DNA of 64,000 bases from Daphnia carinata. Taxonomy: Eukaryota. The notes under the pieces were generated by a model. It had not been told where the DNA came from and did not search any database. It saw only the letters and a program-made list of their open reading frames with translations. This document shows, piece by piece, positions 60,842 through 64,000 of the stretch. Where the stretch lies: assembly GCF_022539665.2 (NCBI RefSeq), contig NC_081331.1, positions 13,516,001 to 13,580,000 of the forward strand, written 5' to 3'. Position 1 is the stretch's first letter; every line of letters starts with the position of its first letter. Both the position numbers and the translations under genes were made by a program.

Positions 60842-62142
60842 TTGATTGATTCCCACTTTCCCATTTCCCGACTGGATGTTCAATGAACTTTTGTGAACTC
60901 GCCACTGGTCACGTTTGAAACGTTTGCCTATCAGAAGCTTTAAAATGGCACGACGTGATGATGGAACGAAAACTGCAAAACTGACCATTTCACCATTAAC
61001 AGACAAACAAACAAACTGATGAGATGACATTAGAAAGTGGGTTATGACGATCTTTATTTTTATTCACCTCCGGGACGAGTTTGTTTGTTTGTTTTGTTGG
61101 CAGTTCAGATTTGTTTTTCTTCTCGATCAAATTCTCTATTCGCCCCTAGGAAAAGACGTTGGCTTTGCGTGTTTTTTTTTTTTTTTTTTTTTTTTTTTTG
61201 TGCCACTACGCCATAAAATCCGCAATTTCAACAGGGAGAAAGAGAGAGAGAGAGAGAGAGTCAAGGATGTTTAAAACGTAATTTCATCTGTTGTTGCATC
61301 CAATTAAAGAACTAGTTTTTTTTAAATGCAAAGGTGAACGGGAGAAAGTTGAAGGCGCGCACGAATTTCTACATGTTTCACGCTCGACAATTCTCTCATC
61401 TTCTGCTCGAGGGACTCCATAGGAATTTGCGCGAAAAACAAAAAAAAAAAAAAGAAGAAAATTAAAATACAAAAGGTTTTAAAAAGTATAGCAATCCCGA
61501 AAGAATCCCGAGAGGGACCGCTCGTGTCGTGAGAGGCCTGTGTTTCTATAATTGACCGTCGCAATAACGAGAGGTAACGTGAGAGAGGGTGCGACGCACG
61601 GGACACATTCCTTGACCAATTCCTAAGAAAACAACCGAAATATACGCAGCAGCAGTCGGCTGCTCTGTTTGGTTTCTTTTTTTTTTTTTTTTTTTTTGAA
61701 GTCTTCTCAAAACATCGTTTATTAAACATCTTGCAAAGCCCTCCCCCCTACCCTCGAAAAAAAAGGCTCTCTGCCGAAACAACCGAAAAGGCTTTTTATT
61801 ACCTGATGTTGCGTGTTGAATCCATTACGACTTCCATTTCGCTTCCTGCTTGTTGTTATTTGTGGGCTGGCTTTTCCCTTTTTGACATAGTCCTGTAGGC
61901 GCGCGCTATTTTAGCCTTTCAACTTTCATCTTTCGGTATCCGTTTTCATGTTTGTTTTTTTTCTTTCTCTTTTTCGCTTCTCCCAAAATTCATTTTTGAA
62001 ATCGACCGCGCCAAAGGCTTTTTTTGAACCTTTTTTTTCGCCATGCGTCTAAAGTCGTCAACTCACGAATAACCGCAGCTAACAGTTTGAACGAATATCA
62101 ACAAAAAAAAAAGGGGGACAATGTGAAGCTCTCAGTGTTGGA

Positions 62143-62173
<31 letters not shown>

Positions 62174-63780
62174 CTCGTGTGCCACACATGCCATTAGACG
62201 ATCGTCAATCTTTTTGTCAAAGCGAACGTTATCCACCAGTTTTGGATGCCGACCTTTTCGTAAAGAACTTCCCAATACGAGCATATAACCTACAAGTCAA
62301 CAGCCGGGGATGATATATAAAGAAAAACAAAAAAAAAAAAACATTCTTCAATATCAGAACCTTGTTGCTTCATTTTGTTGTTGAAATTTTTTAGCGCAAC
62401 AAGGAAAAACTGGCATCGATAAGGAAGCGATGATCGTTCGCCAATCAGCGTGATGCAAGGCGATGTCTTCACTATTAGCATTTTGGCGGCTGAGACATGT
62501 TACTCTGGCTGGTATCGTTGGTTAATCAGCTATACGTCGACAAGTACTACATAGATAGGGGAAATAGCGTATCTGTTTTTTATGTGACAACAACGTTGAG
62601 TGTCGTGCATCTCTTTGATGTACGCTGACAGTTCGGGCTGCCTTTAACGAGAAGATAACAATGTAAATGGATAGCTAAGGACACAGGGCCAAAGGCCATA
62701 TATAGCGATTTTCTTTCCAGTGGGAAAAAAAAAAAAGAAAAACGAAGGGGGGGTGTGTTGCAATAGAACCGGAGAAGGGCAACGGAACGTGGATGAAACA
62801 AAAGCAAATAATACCTACCGCGTGCTGTGACCTCCGCTGACAAATAGAGAAAAAAGAGGGACACATGAAAAAGAAAAAAGAAAAAAACCGGTGAGATAAG
62901 AAGAAAAGAAAGAGACGAATTCATTCGGTATTCGCCTGGTTGACTCTTTGAATAAAAAAAAAAAAAAGAAGAAGACAAAGAGGAGGAGAGATGAAAAAAA
63001 AAAAGAATAAATGGCAAAGCGACACGGTAATCAGTGCACACGAAAGAAAGAAATAAAACTGGACGACCGGGTTATGTAAAGAGCGGCGGAAAAGAAAAGA
63101 ATATATTTTTAAAGAGAGCGCCTTTTAAGTTTTTTTGTTTTTTTGTTTTTTTTATTTTTATTTTCTTGTTGTTTTTGTCTTAGGGGAATGTCTCTTGTTT
63201 TTATTTTTCACGGGCTCAGCTCACGGTGGCAATCATTTTTCGTCTCTTGACACCGTTTCAGTTCGCTCCGCTTAACTTAAATTGCTCATTGCCGCGCTGC
63301 GTCGCTACCGCCACCATTTTTCGACGATGATGGAGTGAGGAATCCCTCATCATCAGCGTATTGCTGCTGTTATACGGTTAGAGAAAAAAAAACAGCAAAA
63401 TAAATGAGATGCGTGAAATGATTAGAATATCTCCTCCTACCGGCGACCACTCCCCCTCTAGAGAGAGCGAAATAAGTTGAAAGACTTCGAGTTGTTTTTA
63501 AAGTTACGTGAGACTCTTTCTCAATCGAGCTCAGCGTTTTAGCCCGATGGGTTGCCTAATTTTAATTGTTTGATAATTTGCGAGGGAGTATCGAAAAAAA
63601 AAAAAAAAAAAAAAAAGAAAAAAAATCATCATAATAATTAATTCGTGGCGTTAGGTTGTTGTTGTTATGTGAGCTGTGCCTATACTTGCGTGTCTCTATA
63701 TGCGGTTGGCTGCTTTGGTTAGTTGGCCCGTCGGTTTTGTGCTCCTAGGGTTTGGTTGGCTTGGCGCTGTGCGGTGCGTA

Positions 63781-63788
63781 TATAAAAG
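63781..63788 (+). promoter_or_regulatory. Candidate TATA box (TATAAAAG) for a further internal dunce promoter
   Basis: Consensus TATA followed by Inr-like CCAGTC copies at ~63819 and ~63833. The spacing is longer than canonical. Confidence 0.25.
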
Positions 63789-64000
63789 AAGTTCGAGCTC
63801 GTTTGAAAAAAACCCACACCAGTCGATCCGGTCCAGTCGTCAGAGATCGACGTCTCTCTGAAATCGTCCCGTTCATTTTATTTTTGTGCCATTATTATTT
63901 TTTTTTTTTTTTTAAACTTAAAGTGTTTGTGTGAAAATTGAAGTGAGAGTTTGGATAATTGAGTCAGTTACGAGAATAACATCCAACTTTTGATTCATCG

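Overview
Eukaryotic, intron-rich animal DNA. The short 55-70 nt introns, long A/T homopolymers and gene content suggest a branchiopod crustacean such as Daphnia; this is inference. The first 17 kb hold three complete spliced genes, reconstructed by hand from GT-AG junctions and reading phase. They are a 16-exon class C GPCR of the mGluR/mangetout(XR) type (+, 225-8565, ~964 aa), a 15-exon RECK homologue (+, 10313-15809, ~831 aa) and a 5-exon MAD2L2/REV7 (-, 16776-15864, 206 aa) lying tail-to-tail with RECK. The remaining ~45 kb is the 5' region of a dunce/PDE4 gene. It has at least four alternative N-terminal coding units, all ending in phase-2 donors and separated by large low-complexity introns. 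The shared UCR1/UCR2/catalytic exons are not seen and presumably lie beyond the window. Notable points: the receptor has lost the glutamate gamma-carboxyl-binding residues and has a hidden in-frame alternative tail; RECK has a single Kazal module; REV7 has a substituted dimer interface and its polyA signal is written in RECK's last codons; the PDE4 first exons carry PKA motifs, one matching vertebrate PDE4D3. Most ORFs in the supplied track are low-complexity or antisense artefacts. Reference-protein comparisons are from memory and need alignment to confirm.
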